The notes below the pieces were generated by a model that was given only the letters and a program-made list of their open reading frames with translations, was not told the origin of the DNA and did no database searches. A program made the translations under genes and the position numbers. A stretch of DNA of 63,588 nucleotides, the filler included, from Licmophora abbreviata (lineage: Eukaryota): the NCBI GenBank assembly GCA_900291995.1. It is 11 parts of 11 records of this genome, joined end to end, with 100 filler letters (N's around TTAATTAATTAA, not from the genome) between each part and the next. Parts side by side here need not be neighbours in the genome. Positions count along the whole stretch, not along the records: positions 10,769 to 13,046 come from OLMU01003629.1; positions 13,147 to 16,900 come from OLMU01003630.1; positions 17,001 to 20,190 come from OLMU01003631.1; positions 20,291 to 21,375 come from OLMU01003633.1; positions 21,476 to 29,402 come from OLMU01003634.1; 6 more parts are not named here. One strand, written 5' to 3'. Below are positions 10,939 through 23,120 of this stretch, one piece after another; the stretch's first letter is position 1, and every line of letters starts with the position of its first letter.

Positions 10939-13900
10939 TTACGAAGAGACAGGCTCCTCCTGTATGGCTTCAACTTGGGGTCGCTCGAAGGACGATCCAG
11001 TGTGCTCCTCCCAAGATTCGATGGCTGCGTTGCATCGTTGGCAAGCGTCGGCATGTGGCAATTCGTGATTTCCAACTTGTTCATCGTAGAACCAACATCT
11101 GCTGCACTTTTCTCCGGCAGCTTTTCGTACACCGACAACACATCCACTCAACGTGTTCTTTAGGGACACGTACTGCTCTTCGCATGCTTTCGAGACGTCT
11201 TCAGTGCTGTCGACAATGTTCACTTGAGACAACATGAGAGTTGTTCGGAGATCGTCCACGCCGTTGGACTTGACGGGTGGGGAGATTAAGTCTCGGTCGC
11301 CATCCACCCGTTCCAGCAGAGAACGTGTCGCTTCATCGGGGGCGTAGACAAAGGCAGCCGCATCCAGCGAGGCGCCAACCAACTTGTCGTTCCGTGCCGA
11401 CTCCAACACCTTGTTCACATCGTCTCGTAAATTACGAATGAAAGACCAAAGTTCCGTGTCGTGTTCCTCAAACGACATCAAATGAGAAGGCCAGCCGCCT
11501 TCAAATACGCTTGTAGTTGGGGGGCTCGTAAGGCAAATTCTGCCAAATGTCTTCTGCCATGTGCGGGAGAATCGGAGAAATGGCCTTGGTCAAGCCTTCG
11601 AGACAGGCGTGAAGTACTGTTTGGCAGCTTCTTCGTCTTCGGTCGTCAATGGCAGAAATGTACAGACGATCTTTCGCGACATCCAAGTAAAAGTTCGACA
11701 AGTCAGCTGACGCGAATCGAAGCAATTCTTGTGTGGCGCGGTTGAATTGAAACTCGTCCGTCGCTTCGTTCACCTCCTTGAGGACATCAGACAGACGACC
11801 GAGCATCCACTTGTCTAGCGAAGGCAGCTCTTCGTATGGCACGGCGTTGCTACCCGCCTGGCCCTCGGGCACATAATCGGCCAAGTTCCCAATAAGATAA
11901 CGAGCGGTATTCCGCAGCTTGCGGTAGCTCTCGAACGTCTGCTTGATGATGTTATCGCCAATGCATACGTCGCCGGTATAGTCGACCGACGCCACCCAAA
12001 GTCGCAGAACATCGGCGCCATAGGCAGGATGTGTTTTCTTGTTGTTGCCGCCGTCAATAACCTCCATGGGATCAATCACGTTCCCCAACGACTTGGACAT
12101 TTTGTAGCCCTTTTCGTCCAATACGAAGCCATGAGTTAACACGGCCTTGTACGGAGCAATGTTGTTGGCGGCCACGCTCGTCAACAGGCTGCTCTGAAAC
12201 CAACCGCGGTGCTGGTCACTGCCTTCCAAGTAGAGATCGGCTGGATACTCAAGTTCGTCACGGTCCCTAGCGACACCAGCCCAACTGGAACCAGAGTCGA
12301 ACCAAACGTCCATTGTATCAGTGCCTTTCTTCCATTTGTCTGCATCACCCTTGTACATATCCGGTAAGAGATCTTTTTCATCCATTGTCCACCATGCATC
12401 GCTGCCATGCTCAGCAAACACTGCTTGAAGGTGCGCGAGAGTATGCTCGTCCAGCAACACCTGATCGCCAGTCTCATCGTAGAATACCGGGATGGGAACT
12501 CCCCATGATCGTTGACGAGATATGCACCAGTCGCCACGTCCTGTCACGAAGGACGTGATTCGGTTCTTTCCGATCTCAGGTACCCAGCGAACCTATCAAG
12601 GGATCAGGAGGGACATGGACGAGTTGAGATGTGACGTGACACGAGTGACACAGTCGGGACCACAAACCATAGAGCGGTACACGTCAGGGTTAAAAAGCTC
12701 GAATATGAAACAGCAGCCGCAGCTTACGCCACTCTCAGAACATATTTGATTTTTCGTCACTCGCACCAAGCCCAAGCATCGACAGGATGACTTGTTCAAT
12801 CGATACGTACCGTGTCCACTGCAGCCAACGCTTCGTTTCGGAATCCTTCGACACTGGCAAACCACTGATCAGTGGCACGAAAAATGGTTGGTTTCTTTGT
12901 ACGCCAATCATAGGGATACTTGTGTCCAAAGTCCTCCGCTTTCAGGAGGGCACCAGTCTCGGAAAGCGCTTCCACAATGGCCTCGTTACCTTCAGCCAGA
13001 ACACTCATTCCCTCGAACCGTTCTCCAGCCTCAGCGGTAAACCTTCNNNNNNNNNNNNNNNNNNNNNNNNNNNNNNNNNNNNNNNNNNNNTTAATTAATT
13101 AANNNNNNNNNNNNNNNNNNNNNNNNNNNNNNNNNNNNNNNNNNNNCCACTGGGCTCAGCAGATCTAAGCCATACTTCAAGCCAGTCTGGTAATCTTCTT
13201 GACCATGACCTGGGGCTGTGTGCACCAGTCCCGTACCCGACTCGGTCGTAATGTAGTCACCTCCCGCCAGAACGGGAGATGTTCGTTCATACAACGGGTG
13301 AGCATACGTCGTTCCAATCACATCGCTTCCGGATAGAGAAGCCAGCACCTCAAACTCTTCTCCCTCGGGCAAGTCGAACTTTTTCTGTAGAGGTATAGAG
13401 AACAGACGACTGGATGAGTCTCGATACGAACATTCCACTTGTAAGTCGACAGTTCACGTACCGCCAGTTGTTCCGCCAGCTCCGTTGCCACCAACAGTTT
13501 TCCTGTCTTGGCATGCTGCACTACTGAATAGCCCAAATCTGGATTGACTGCAACTGCCAAGTTGGCCGGCATGGTCCAAGGCGTCGTCGTCCAGATTGCC
13601 ACCTTGACAGGTTGCTCTTGCGAATGAAGCTCCTTCAACGCATCCGATGGCTCCTGTACTTCAAACGCTACATAGATACTCTTGGAGACGTGTCCCTCAG
13701 GGTACTCCAGTTCCGCCTCAGCCAAAGCCGTTCTTGACGACGGAGACCAGTGCACTGGTTTCCGCCCTCGAAAGATGTATCCCTTTTTGAACATTTCTCC
13801 AAATACAGCAATCTGCGCCGCCTCGAAACTCGGCTGTAGCGTCAAGTAGGGTTTCTCAAAATCTCCCAGCACACCATACCGCTGGAAACTTTTCGATTGC

Positions 13901-14595
13901 TTCTCCACCGTATCCTTGGCAAACTCCGCTGCCCTTTGCCGCAACGACACTGGCGTGAGCCCCTGTCGTTCCTTCGACTTCATTTTCTGCAAGACTTTCA
14001 ACTCAATCGGCAGTCCATGACAATCCCACCCCGGAACGTAGTGCACTTGCTTGTTGTTGAGTACCATTTTTCGATTGATGAAATCCTTCAGAATCTTGTT
14101 CATTGCATGCCCCGTATGCAAGTCGCCATTGGCATAGGGCGGTCCATCGTGCAAGACGAAGCGATCGGCATTATTGGAAGAAGCAGTGTCACTGAGCTTC
14201 TGGTACAAGTCATAGTCTTTCCAGAACTGTTGAATCTCAGGTTCGCGCTTGTTGGCGTTGGCCCGCTGCGAAAAGTTGGTTTCGGGGAGGAGAATGGTGG
14301 ATGCAAAGGCGTTCTTTTCCTTCTTTTGTTTGTTCGGACGACCTCCTGAGAAAGGATGAGATAAGGCATAACGAGTCAGCTATATGCTTTGAACCAGAGC
14401 AGCTATCTCATGCTTCGGTTCCTCTTGTTTCGATAACGACGACGACGAAGACGACGACTTACCTTTGGCATGCAACCGAAAAGGAGCGGACGAGGAAGTT
14501 CTTTTCGACAAGACACTTTTGGAAACAAACGAGCTCGTCGCCCTTCCTCCCAGCAACGCCGAGAGGAAAACCATGCTGACAGGGTCAAGCCTCAT
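10939..14595 (-). CDS. ileS: Isoleucyl-tRNA synthetase, organellar bacterial type; multi-exon, crosses gap 13047-13146, apparent 1-nt frameshift at 11519-11524
   Basis: [64 protein letters not shown] and C-terminal CSRCW...CQRC zinc site; signal-like N-terminus. Confidence 0.95.
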
Positions 14596-15565
14596 TTCCA
14601 AGTCGTCAAGAGGAGTGGCCAAGACCTATCCAGTGATCCACTCAGATGGGTTTTGGTGTGGATGTCTGGTGGATGTACCGTACCGCGGTACCCTCTGCGG
14701 ATGATGCTGAACGATGATGTGTGTGTTCTGTGTTGGCCGCCGACCCGATGACGGTCGATGAGTGTGCGTGTGGCCCTCCCTGTGAGTTGGACATGTCTCA
14801 AAACCTGTTGGAATGCGAGCTCCTCCAACATTTTTCGACTGCCGCCGTCGACGGCATCAGCGCGCACTTTCCTGCACCGCATTCTGGTAGACTATCGGAG
14901 GCCCTTTCCTGATCGACAAATTGCTTCCTTACATCACGCATCCTTCTTCTTGACAGCACTTTAGAGCAGCAAATCCAGTCGGTAAGTCGATTGATGTGTT
15001 GGAAAAGAACAGAAATGAAAATGGCCTCCCATCGGCGCTCTCTCGCGGATGTGCGCACGTCATCTCTCATGACCGGACTGGAAGACAACGAGTCGAGTCA
15101 GGTCACGAGTTGAGAACGATGATGTGACGTCGTCGCGGCGGCGTCGGAATTCCGAACCAAAAGCATTCCAAGAGGAAAAGAAGAAAGAACTCGGAACTGT
15201 TTCACATCAGAACTACCCAGTACTACTAGTAGTAGTAGTAGAAGTGCATCGAGTGCGAGACGTTGGGTTCTGTCCAGATAGAGATAGAGAGAGATAGAGA
15301 CTCTGGTGTCGATCGACTAATTTCGAGTCGCCGTGCTGCTCTGTACTCTGTGTGATTTCTGTCAAAGTCTCAGTGGAATCCTCTGTTCATTCTGACACTT
15401 TACTTTCATATATACTCTTCCATGTACACAACGCACTGTTACACTCGCTCGCAGCGTCACGGTGGAACATCGCCGGATGCCTACGACACGTTGGCGAACA
15501 AGTTTCCGACTCGCTTCCCGACTGACGAATACTGGACGAATGGCAGTGCAACGCATCTCCAAATC

Positions 15566-16708
15566 ATGACAAAGGAAGAAGATTCTAGAAGGACGATATC
15601 ACCACAGACCGGCGTCACGCCCTTGGCAACGGCGACAGGCAGTCCATCGTCATCCAGCAATCCTGCCTCCGTACCACCGGGAGCTCGACGATATGCCTCC
15701 CTCAAGAGACCGCGACGCGATGTCACACCTTCTACTAGTACTACCACGACAAACCATGTGGTTCGGAACTCACTGCTGGCCGGCAGCGTCGCTGGCATCT
15801 GTTCCACATCCATATGTTACCCCTTTGAGCTCCTAAGGACCAAGATGCAAGCTGCCGCGGCAGCGGATGTCGGAACGACAACAGGCCGGACGGCGCATGC
15901 ACACAGTACACGACCGCTCCAAGTTCTCCGACACACGTTTCAACACGGCGGCGTGCGTGCTCTCTACACGGGCCTTTCCGTTCCTCTCATGGCCCAAGCG
16001 GTTTACAAGGCCACTGTCTTTACCGTCAACAATTGTACACAACAAGTTCTGTTGGAATGGAAGACTCAAGAAGCTCGCAAGCTGGGGCACTTCTTCCACG
16101 ACCCTCCAGCACTCACGCTCTCGGACCGATTTCTATGTGGCTTTGTGGGGGGAGCCGTCAATGGTGCCTTGTTTGTGACTCCTGTCGAGTACGTGCGCAA
16201 TACACTCATTGCGCAGCATACGCGATTGGCAAGTGGTGGCGCCGTCGACAAGGTCGTCTTTACGGGTCCGCGACATGTGGTGCATCACACGATTGCCACG
16301 CAGGGGTGGCGGAATCTCTGGAGAGGACTGGGCATGACGGTCGCACGCGACTCGCTTGGCTGCGGTTGCTTCTTTGTCACCTTCCAAGTCATGAATGAAC
16401 AGTTGGTAAAACAAGAAGACCGCAATGTGCAGCATCCGACCTTCAACAAACTCCTGGCGGGCGGTATGGCGGGATTGGCGTTCTGGGCAGCAGCCTTGAA
16501 GCTGGACACCATCAAGACGTGGGTGCAAAATGGCACTGCTACTTCTGCCACAACGGCTGTTCGGGACTTGGTGCAGCAACATGGTGTGCGGGGGGCGTTC
16601 CAACGACTCACCCGATCCTGGAAGGTCGCATTTGGGAGGGGCATGCCGTCAGCTGCCATCACCATGGCTACCTACGAATACAGTTATAAATACCTGCAAC
16701 AAGTGTAA
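15566..16708 (+). CDS. Mitochondrial carrier family (SLC25) protein, carnitine/amino-acid carrier-like
   Basis: PFELLRTKMQ, GVRALYTGL, PVEYVRN, WRGLGMTVARD, KLDTIKT; three-repeat architecture. Confidence 0.88.
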   Translation: MTKEEDSRRTISPQTGVTPLATATGSPSSSSNPASVPPGARRYASLKRPRRDVTPSTSTTTTNHVVRNSLLAGSVAGICSTSICYPFELLRTKMQAAAAADVGTTTGRTAHAHSTRPLQVLRHTFQHGGVRALYTGLSVPLMAQAVYKATVFTVNNCTQQVLLEWKTQEARKLGHFFHDPPALTLSDRFLCGFVGGAVNGALFVTPVEYVRNTLIAQHTRLASGGAVDKVVFTGPRHVVHHTIATQGWRNLWRGLGMTVARDSLGCGCFFVTFQVMNEQLVKQEDRNVQHPTFNKLLAGGMAGLAFWAAALKLDTIKTWVQNGTATSATTAVRDLVQQHGVRGAFQRLTRSWKVAFGRGMPSAAITMATYEYSYKYLQQV

Positions 16709-16729
16709 AATACAAACGATGAAAGTAGA

Positions 16730-17171
16730 AATGGACACTTGAGCACACTTTCATGGAGAACAAAGTACTGTGCTTTGTGCTTTTGAAAAGTGAATGTGCT
16801 TCTAGAGATCTTTATTGTGTTTTGAATATCATTTTGAATGCGACGCCAGCATGGCAAACGTGACGGGCAATCGTCGACCGGAATCTTCAACTTCATCTTC
16901 NNNNNNNNNNNNNNNNNNNNNNNNNNNNNNNNNNNNNNNNNNNNTTAATTAATTAANNNNNNNNNNNNNNNNNNNNNNNNNNNNNNNNNNNNNNNNNNNN
17001 AATGGACACTTGAGCACACTTTCATGGAGAACAAAGTACTGTGCTTTGTGCTTTTGTAAAGTGAATGCGCTTCTAGAGATCTTTATTGTGTTTTGAATAT
17101 CATTTTGATTGCGACGCCAGCATGGCAAACGTGACGGGCAATCGTCGACCGGAATCTTCAGCTTCATCGTC
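16730..17171. repeat. About 170-bp near-identical duplicate flanking the gap (16730-16900 vs 17001-17171), probable unmerged allelic overlap
   Basis: Same sequence on both sides of the spacer with 5 substitutions. Confidence 0.85.
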
Positions 17172-18962
17172 CGACTCTTCAACTTCGCTTAGCATTCGAA
17201 CCATCATGTCACCCTCGTCGTCTTCATCGCCGTCGAGCAGACCTTCGTACTCTTCGTCGGGCCGTGAAAAAGGAGCAAACTCTCTTCGTGTACGACCTAC
17301 TCCTTTCCGTTCCAGCTCGTGAATGTAATCCTCCGATTGCGCATCCGGCAGTTGTTCAGAGGCCTGATAGGCCATATAAACAATCGCCGCCGCCAAAAGA
17401 TACGGCCATCCCGGAAGCGCCGACTTTTCACTCAATGTCATGAGCGTCCCAAAGACCAACGGCCCGATGCCTTCGGTCAGCGCCTTGATACCGTTCACTG
17501 CCCCCAACGCTTCTCCCACGGCTTCTGGTTCCACACTGTCACTGACAAGCGATGATAGACTGGGATAGACCAGATTACCAAGGAGCGAAAAGGCTATACA
17601 TACAAACAAGTGCCATCCTTCGTAGGCAAAGCCCAGTACGATGCATTGCAGAGCAAAGGAAAACAGCCCAAGGCGCATGGCTCGCTTTTCTCCCAGCATA
17701 GGCACAATGATCCTCACCAAGACAGCTTCCGACACCATTGTGGACAACCCCAAGGCACTCATCAACTCCCCCAGTCGTTCGGGACCAAGATGAAATCGTT
17801 GTGCAGCGTACAATACCAGTGTCGAAATGACAGCCCAAAGTGCGGTATAGTACAAAAAGGCGACTTGTCCAACACACTTCAAAAAAGGGTCCAGGGTAAA
17901 TATGCGCAGTGTTTCGAGAGGAGACCATGACACGTTGTGTTGTTGCAGCGACGATGCGACCGAACCGGCACTCCCAACAATGGGTTGTCCATTGAGTTGT
18001 GTTCTTGATTCGGGCAAGACAAAGTAAATGTACAAGAGATCCAACAATGTCAAGACCAAGGAGCAAAGAAAGACATATCTTGTATTGTACTGTGCCAGAT
18101 AGCCTCCCATCATGGGTCCCATCGTAAAGGACAAACCAAAGGTGGCCAGTGCTAGACCGTAAGCCGAAACGCGTTCGTCGCGTTGCCGTACGGTATCACT
18201 AATGTAGGCAAAGACAAGAGTAAAGGTGGAACTGAAGACACCGGAGAGAGCCAGTAATGCCACAAAGATGGATATACTGTGGGGCATCAAGCGTTCGTTG
18301 TTGTCGGAAGAATCCAACATCCATGATGCAGACATGGGCCAAACGTCGGCTGCATCCGCGCCGGGTGACTCCTCTTGCCCCGATGCCGAGGACAGTATGG
18401 CGGACGTCATGTTGTCGTGAAGCGCCATCATGTCTTTTTCACTCCCAGTCGCAGTCGGATGGACTTGCTCCCACGACAGTAGCGCTAGTGAACATACGGG
18501 CGCACAGGTACCCGCGACCGTGACGAAGAGACACATGCGTCGTCCGACGACATCGCTGAGTTTTCCAAAGAGCGGGCAGGAGACGAATGCCAGGAGACCT
18601 CGTATGAATTCGACAAGACCCATGACAATGTAGACCTTGTGTTGAAAGTGTTCCAAGAGGATGTGCGGTAGGACAGCTCGAGTCAAGGCGAGGGCCAGAA
18701 ACTCCAGCCAGAGTACGGGTAAGACGTACAAGTGTTGCCATGATTGTTGTCGAGGAGGCTGAAAGGATGAGTAATTCGAATCTTGCTGCTGTTCCTGCAA
18801 TGCAAACTGAGACAGTTCAATATTCATGGGAGTCAAGCGGGTGTCATTGCTGTCCGTAGCATGAGATGGAGATTCGGATGGCCATGCTGATGCGGCTGTG
18901 GGTTTCTTCTTGGACGACGACGACAACGACGACTGGAGGCCCGACGGGGAAAAGAGAGACAT
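17100..18962 (-). CDS. MFS transporter, HIAT1/MFSD14 (tetracycline exporter-like) family
   Basis: GKLSDVVGRR motif A, FAYISD, YGLALATFGLSFTMGP, LPES, GIKALTEGIGP; about 12 TM segments. Confidence 0.9.
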   Translation of the reverse strand: MSLFSPSGLQSSLSSSSKKKPTAASAWPSESPSHATDSNDTRLTPMNIELSQFALQEQQQDSNYSSFQPPRQQSWQHLYVLPVLWLEFLALALTRAVLPHILLEHFQHKVYIVMGLVEFIRGLLAFVSCPLFGKLSDVVGRRMCLFVTVAGTCAPVCSLALLSWEQVHPTATGSEKDMMALHDNMTSAILSSASGQEESPGADAADVWPMSASWMLDSSDNNERLMPHSISIFVALLALSGVFSSTFTLVFAYISDTVRQRDERVSAYGLALATFGLSFTMGPMMGGYLAQYNTRYVFLCSLVLTLLDLLYIYFVLPESRTQLNGQPIVGSAGSVASSLQQHNVSWSPLETLRIFTLDPFLKCVGQVAFLYYTALWAVISTLVLYAAQRFHLGPERLGELMSALGLSTMVSEAVLVRIIVPMLGEKRAMRLGLFSFALQCIVLGFAYEGWHLFVCIAFSLLGNLVYPSLSSLVSDSVEPEAVGEALGAVNGIKALTEGIGPLVFGTLMTLSEKSALPGWPYLLAAAIVYMAYQASEQLPDAQSEDYIHELERKGVGRTRREFAPFSRPDEEYEGLLDGDEDDEGDMMVRMLSEVEESDDEAEDSGRRLPVTFAMLASQSK

Positions 18963-19422
18963 TTTTATTCGTTTCTGGTTGCTCCTTGTGCCGCTCTGCA
19001 CTCACGGACTATGACAGGGAATGAGTCTCTTTGCTCCGAGCGAAGCAAGGCAGTAGGAAACAAGGACGGCGCCACCGACAAGACACAACACACCCTCTGC
19101 TCTGTGGTCATCGCCGTCATTGTCGCCAAACACGCACACTTCCGCCAAAAAACCGCGTCGTGTGTTTTGTCGCGCGGGAATCAGAGGACAGAAGGACAGA
19201 GCACACGTGATGGCGATGACATGTGTTCATGTCTGTCAATGCCGTTCCATTGCTTGCAAGTTTACAGTTTACACTGTGCTTGGTATAAACAGAGACCATG
19301 CTCTTGGCTCGAAGCGGCATCCGTCGTCTGCAAGTGCTGCAAACTCCGTATGTTCATCCATGTCAGTTCAGAGTCACGAGTCGAGTCGTCGGTCATAAAT
19401 GCATCATGCATCCAGCATCGGT

Positions 19423-19780
19423 GATGGTCTCATCGTTGTCGTTTGCTACTTCTACTACTACGAATGGATATGTGGAATCGTCCTCGTACTCTCTGAAACA
19501 AGTGTACTTGCACATTGGCCCCTCTGGCGACTGCTGGCATTCCTTCGGAGAACTCTATGCAGCGAAGCACCTGCAGCCGGGTTACGTCAAGAGTTTCGTA
19601 TTGTCCATGCCAAAGAGGGGAGTAATGGAGTCTGACGCTGTAGAGGTAGCGGTCGAGGAACTGATAGAGAAACTACATACTTTGTATTCTCCGGATCGAC
19701 TGCAGCAAGTTTACGATACTGGAAAACTTCCAGAAGAACTCGTGGAGCTGTGGAACGACAAGATGAAGGATTGGGAGTAA
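19423..19780 (+). CDS. Hypothetical protein (start uncertain, ORF open from 19298)
   Basis: Globular-looking segment VYLHIGPSGDCW...YAAKHLQPGYVKSF...LQQVYDTGKLP. Confidence 0.55.
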
Positions 19781-20290
19781 CGAGCGGTGGACGCCAAACA
19801 TGCGGATCGCGTGCGTGATGCACAGAAGCATGATTTCAGCGCATAGCATGCACATGCCTTTGGAGTATATGAAAACGACGAATCAACTATTATGCTGACA
19901 GTCTACGACTAGACCGAGGTTTGCGACTGAGGAAAGAAACGGCGCGCTCTAGTAGGAATGCATGGAGTTTGGTCTCTTGTACACGTTTATCTTTTGGAAG
20001 ACACGGTGAATGTAAACGCCACTGTTTCAGGTACAATCCCACCCCAGCTTCTGTAGCTTGCATGAGATTCTGCCACTTTCATGGTCAGAGTCGGACCTTG
20101 CAAGGGCGAGTGGGTGGAACGCATGAGCATCATATTCGATACCGCCGAAAGATGATGACGAGCGAGGAGCCAACTCGCAAGTCCTCGACGNNNNNNNNNN
20201 NNNNNNNNNNNNNNNNNNNNNNNNNNNNNNNNNNTTAATTAATTAANNNNNNNNNNNNNNNNNNNNNNNNNNNNNNNNNNNNNNNNNNNN

Positions 20291-20725
20291 AATCCCGCCA
20301 CAATGAATAAAATGGTTCCTTTCGATGGGGAAGTATCACTTGAGTTCCTTGGAAAGCAGGGGAAGTTGCTCAACGAGGAAGAGCAGGTGCTGCTTGATGT
20401 CGTATTTGTTGATGCCTTCAATGCAGTCCACAACGCCCGTGAGTTCTTCATTGGCGATGCTCATGTTGCCAAAGGCAATGTGGCTCGTGTGAATGGTTTG
20501 CGTGGAGGCCTCTTCAAGCTTACGTATACCTTCGACATCTCCGACGCCGAGTTTCATCGACAGAACACCTTGCCAGTGGTTGCCATGAGCGGCAAGCGTC
20601 GCTATGCCTGGGAGACGGCCGTGTGCAAGAAGCTGTCCAAGCTATCATTTGAAGGCTTGACCGGAGCCAGCAACTGCAAAATTCTCATCCAGAGCAATTC
20701 CGAGTCTGCTACGACGACGGAGTAA
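20291..20725 (+). CDS. Hypothetical protein, 5'-truncated by gap
   Basis: Open frame running from the gap with plausible composition and a C-terminal Cys pair (WETAVC...NCKI). Confidence 0.5.
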   Translation, partial: NPATMNKMVPFDGEVSLEFLGKQGKLLNEEEQVLLDVVFVDAFNAVHNAREFFIGDAHVAKGNVARVNGLRGGLFKLTYTFDISDAEFHRQNTLPVVAMSGKRRYAWETAVCKKLSKLSFEGLTGASNCKILIQSNSESATTTE

Positions 20726-20998
20726 TTGGGGTGCTTCATCATTTCGAACGTGCTCGGCCTCGAGCCTTGAGCCACCAGTCCCTATCGATAGTTAGTGCTG
20801 GGGCACACTATAGCGAATAGGTTGATAGATATATATCCAGACGCGCAATAGCAATGGGCGGATTCACCTCTAGATTGTTCGTCCCCTAGACCATAATGGT
20901 GCCAATGACCGCGCTATTCCTTGCTCGGCACAGGATCCCGTATTATGTCGCAGCGCTCCGTTCGACGAGCACGAACACTTGTTCTGGTTGACAGTCAC

Positions 20999-22849
20999 CT
21001 AATAGGCCATACAATGAACCAGATCCCTGATAAGTTCATGACTCTTCGGTAGCAAAATCAACAAATCCTTGTGCACGTCCTGCATCTCTGCCAACGAGCG
21101 ACTCGGGTCCGGGTCGACAAACAAGCGCAGTTTTGCCGCCTTAAATCGTAAGACATTGTGTCGAAGAGCTGCTTCGCCCTTCCTCTCGCGGATGGTGTAA
21201 AGTCCAATGAGCTCCCCGGCCATAGAAAGGGCCTGCGAGCAGAAGCGTTGTCGGTCCATGTCCGAGTCGGTGATGGCAGAGGCATCAAGCAACGCCGACA
21301 GAAACCGCTCGCCCGATTCTCTCACGTACCAGGATGTAGACAAACAGAGTCTGCGAAACGACATGAATACATATTNNNNNNNNNNNNNNNNNNNNNNNNN
21401 NNNNNNNNNNNNNNNNNNNTTAATTAATTAANNNNNNNNNNNNNNNNNNNNNNNNNNNNNNNNNNNNNNNNNNNNCTTTGCGGCATCCAGAGCCTCGGAA
21501 ACGTCGCATGATCCACAAGAGTCACATATCCAGGAGGGAGCGACGGTATCTATCGGGAAGGGGCCAAGTCGCCCCATTTTCCCAGTACATCCTGGAATCA
21601 AGCACCGAAATCCAATGCGTGCATCGTTCCTTTGTGAATCAGAACAGAGTCGACATTGGCACTTAAATCCATATCCATGCTCTAGCGCCTCTTGACGGAC
21701 ATGAGACGGCGGTGCCGTGTCCACGTAGCCAAGACAAATCTCATCACCCTCGCCAATCCCACGACATGCGACTGCCAGAAGCTTAGGGAGCTGCCCAGGT
21801 TGTCCGTATAAGAATGTCTGCAATACATTGGGTCCACAAGAGTGGTTCATGTTGGTCACATCCAGAAATAGACCGAGCCCAATGGCATTCGACTCGCCGT
21901 CACAGATGGAAAAGGCATTGATCTTGATCTTTCCAAGAAGCGAAATGATAAAATCTGGATCCAAACAGGACATGAGACCAGTACTGTCATCGGGTATGCT
22001 ATTAGAATGTCCGCTATGGTGAAACAGCAACTGTCGCGACAAGGAGACAGTGGTATTCTGGTGATTTCGCTCTGCGGGTGACATGACTCGCTTATCGGGT
22101 GTCTGCAAGTTGTCCAGCCTGCAACGAACCGACGAACTAGTGTGACCGAGTCTCTGTTTGTTCGTCAATGTGTCCTCTTCTTCAAGCACGGCAACCATCA
22201 GACGGTGTAGAAGTACGGCAGTAGGCAGGATGGTAGCAGACGCAGGTAGTTCGCGAATCACAGCATCGAACACTCGCACCTCCTTCTGCAGCCATTCGTC
22301 ACCCGCCCATCGACACTCTCTCGAACACAAGAGGACCGGGTACTTTTCATTGCGAGAACTTCCGATATGCTGAGCATTAGGCTCCTCCAACCTTGAAAAA
22401 CACAACGAGCAGCGTGTTTTTCTATGCTCTACTGTCAAGACTGGAGGCACCAGGGGCGAAAAGTAGTCTTGTGTAGGCGACGATAGGTTCACCGGACGAG
22501 GTGAAATCCGCTCGCCCCTTTTGATAGCTCTTGCAGCGACAGCACATCTTCCTCGTCCCTCTCGTCGCTCGACATAATACATAGCCATTTGCTGATTTTT
22601 GATTAAGTCCTCATCTTTCTTCCTCGATGCCATCACGGATGCCTCATGAGCATCAGCGTTCGCGACAGCAACGCAGTGCTTGCGGTGTGCTGGAAAGTGC
22701 CGTTTTTGACATTCCGCATCGTGATAGTAAGCATTTTGGCATCTCGAGCACCGTCGAAGAGGTATCAAACGCCCATTATTGGACGACGACGTTCGCTGGG
22801 GTAGGCCGCAGCCGTCGCAGCAATGTGTCGAAGGCGACGAGGACGCCAT
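20999..22849 (-). CDS. SET and MYND domain lysine methyltransferase (SMYD-like), split by gap 21376-21475
   Basis: N-terminal MYND (CDGC..CSRC..HDAECQKRH..HRKHC), GRGRCAVA, KINAFSI, NHSCGPN, EICLGY, post-SET FKCQCRLC; helical C-terminus in 20999-21375. Confidence 0.88.
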
Positions 22850-23120
22850 CGTCGTCGGGATGCGATTGTTGTGGTCTGAAACTTTGCAGAATTGAGAAAT
22901 TGGACTTTCTAACGAAGAGCGCTCAAAATGAGATTCCCCATAAGCAGATACGAGTAGCCGATGTCGTATTGCGACAGATTCGAGACACCGACCAGAACGC
23001 AACAAAAGTTCGACAAAAGAATCTGCATGGCGACCATGGCGAGTCGCCGGACCATTCCTTTCGCCACCTCTTTCCTACTTTAATAATACGGAGAAGCAAA
23101 AGAAAGCGTGATACTCTACT

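Noticed and set aside
15220..15300. (TAG)n and (AGAT/AG)n short repeats upstream of the carrier gene
   Set aside because: Ordinary short microsatellites with no further structure.
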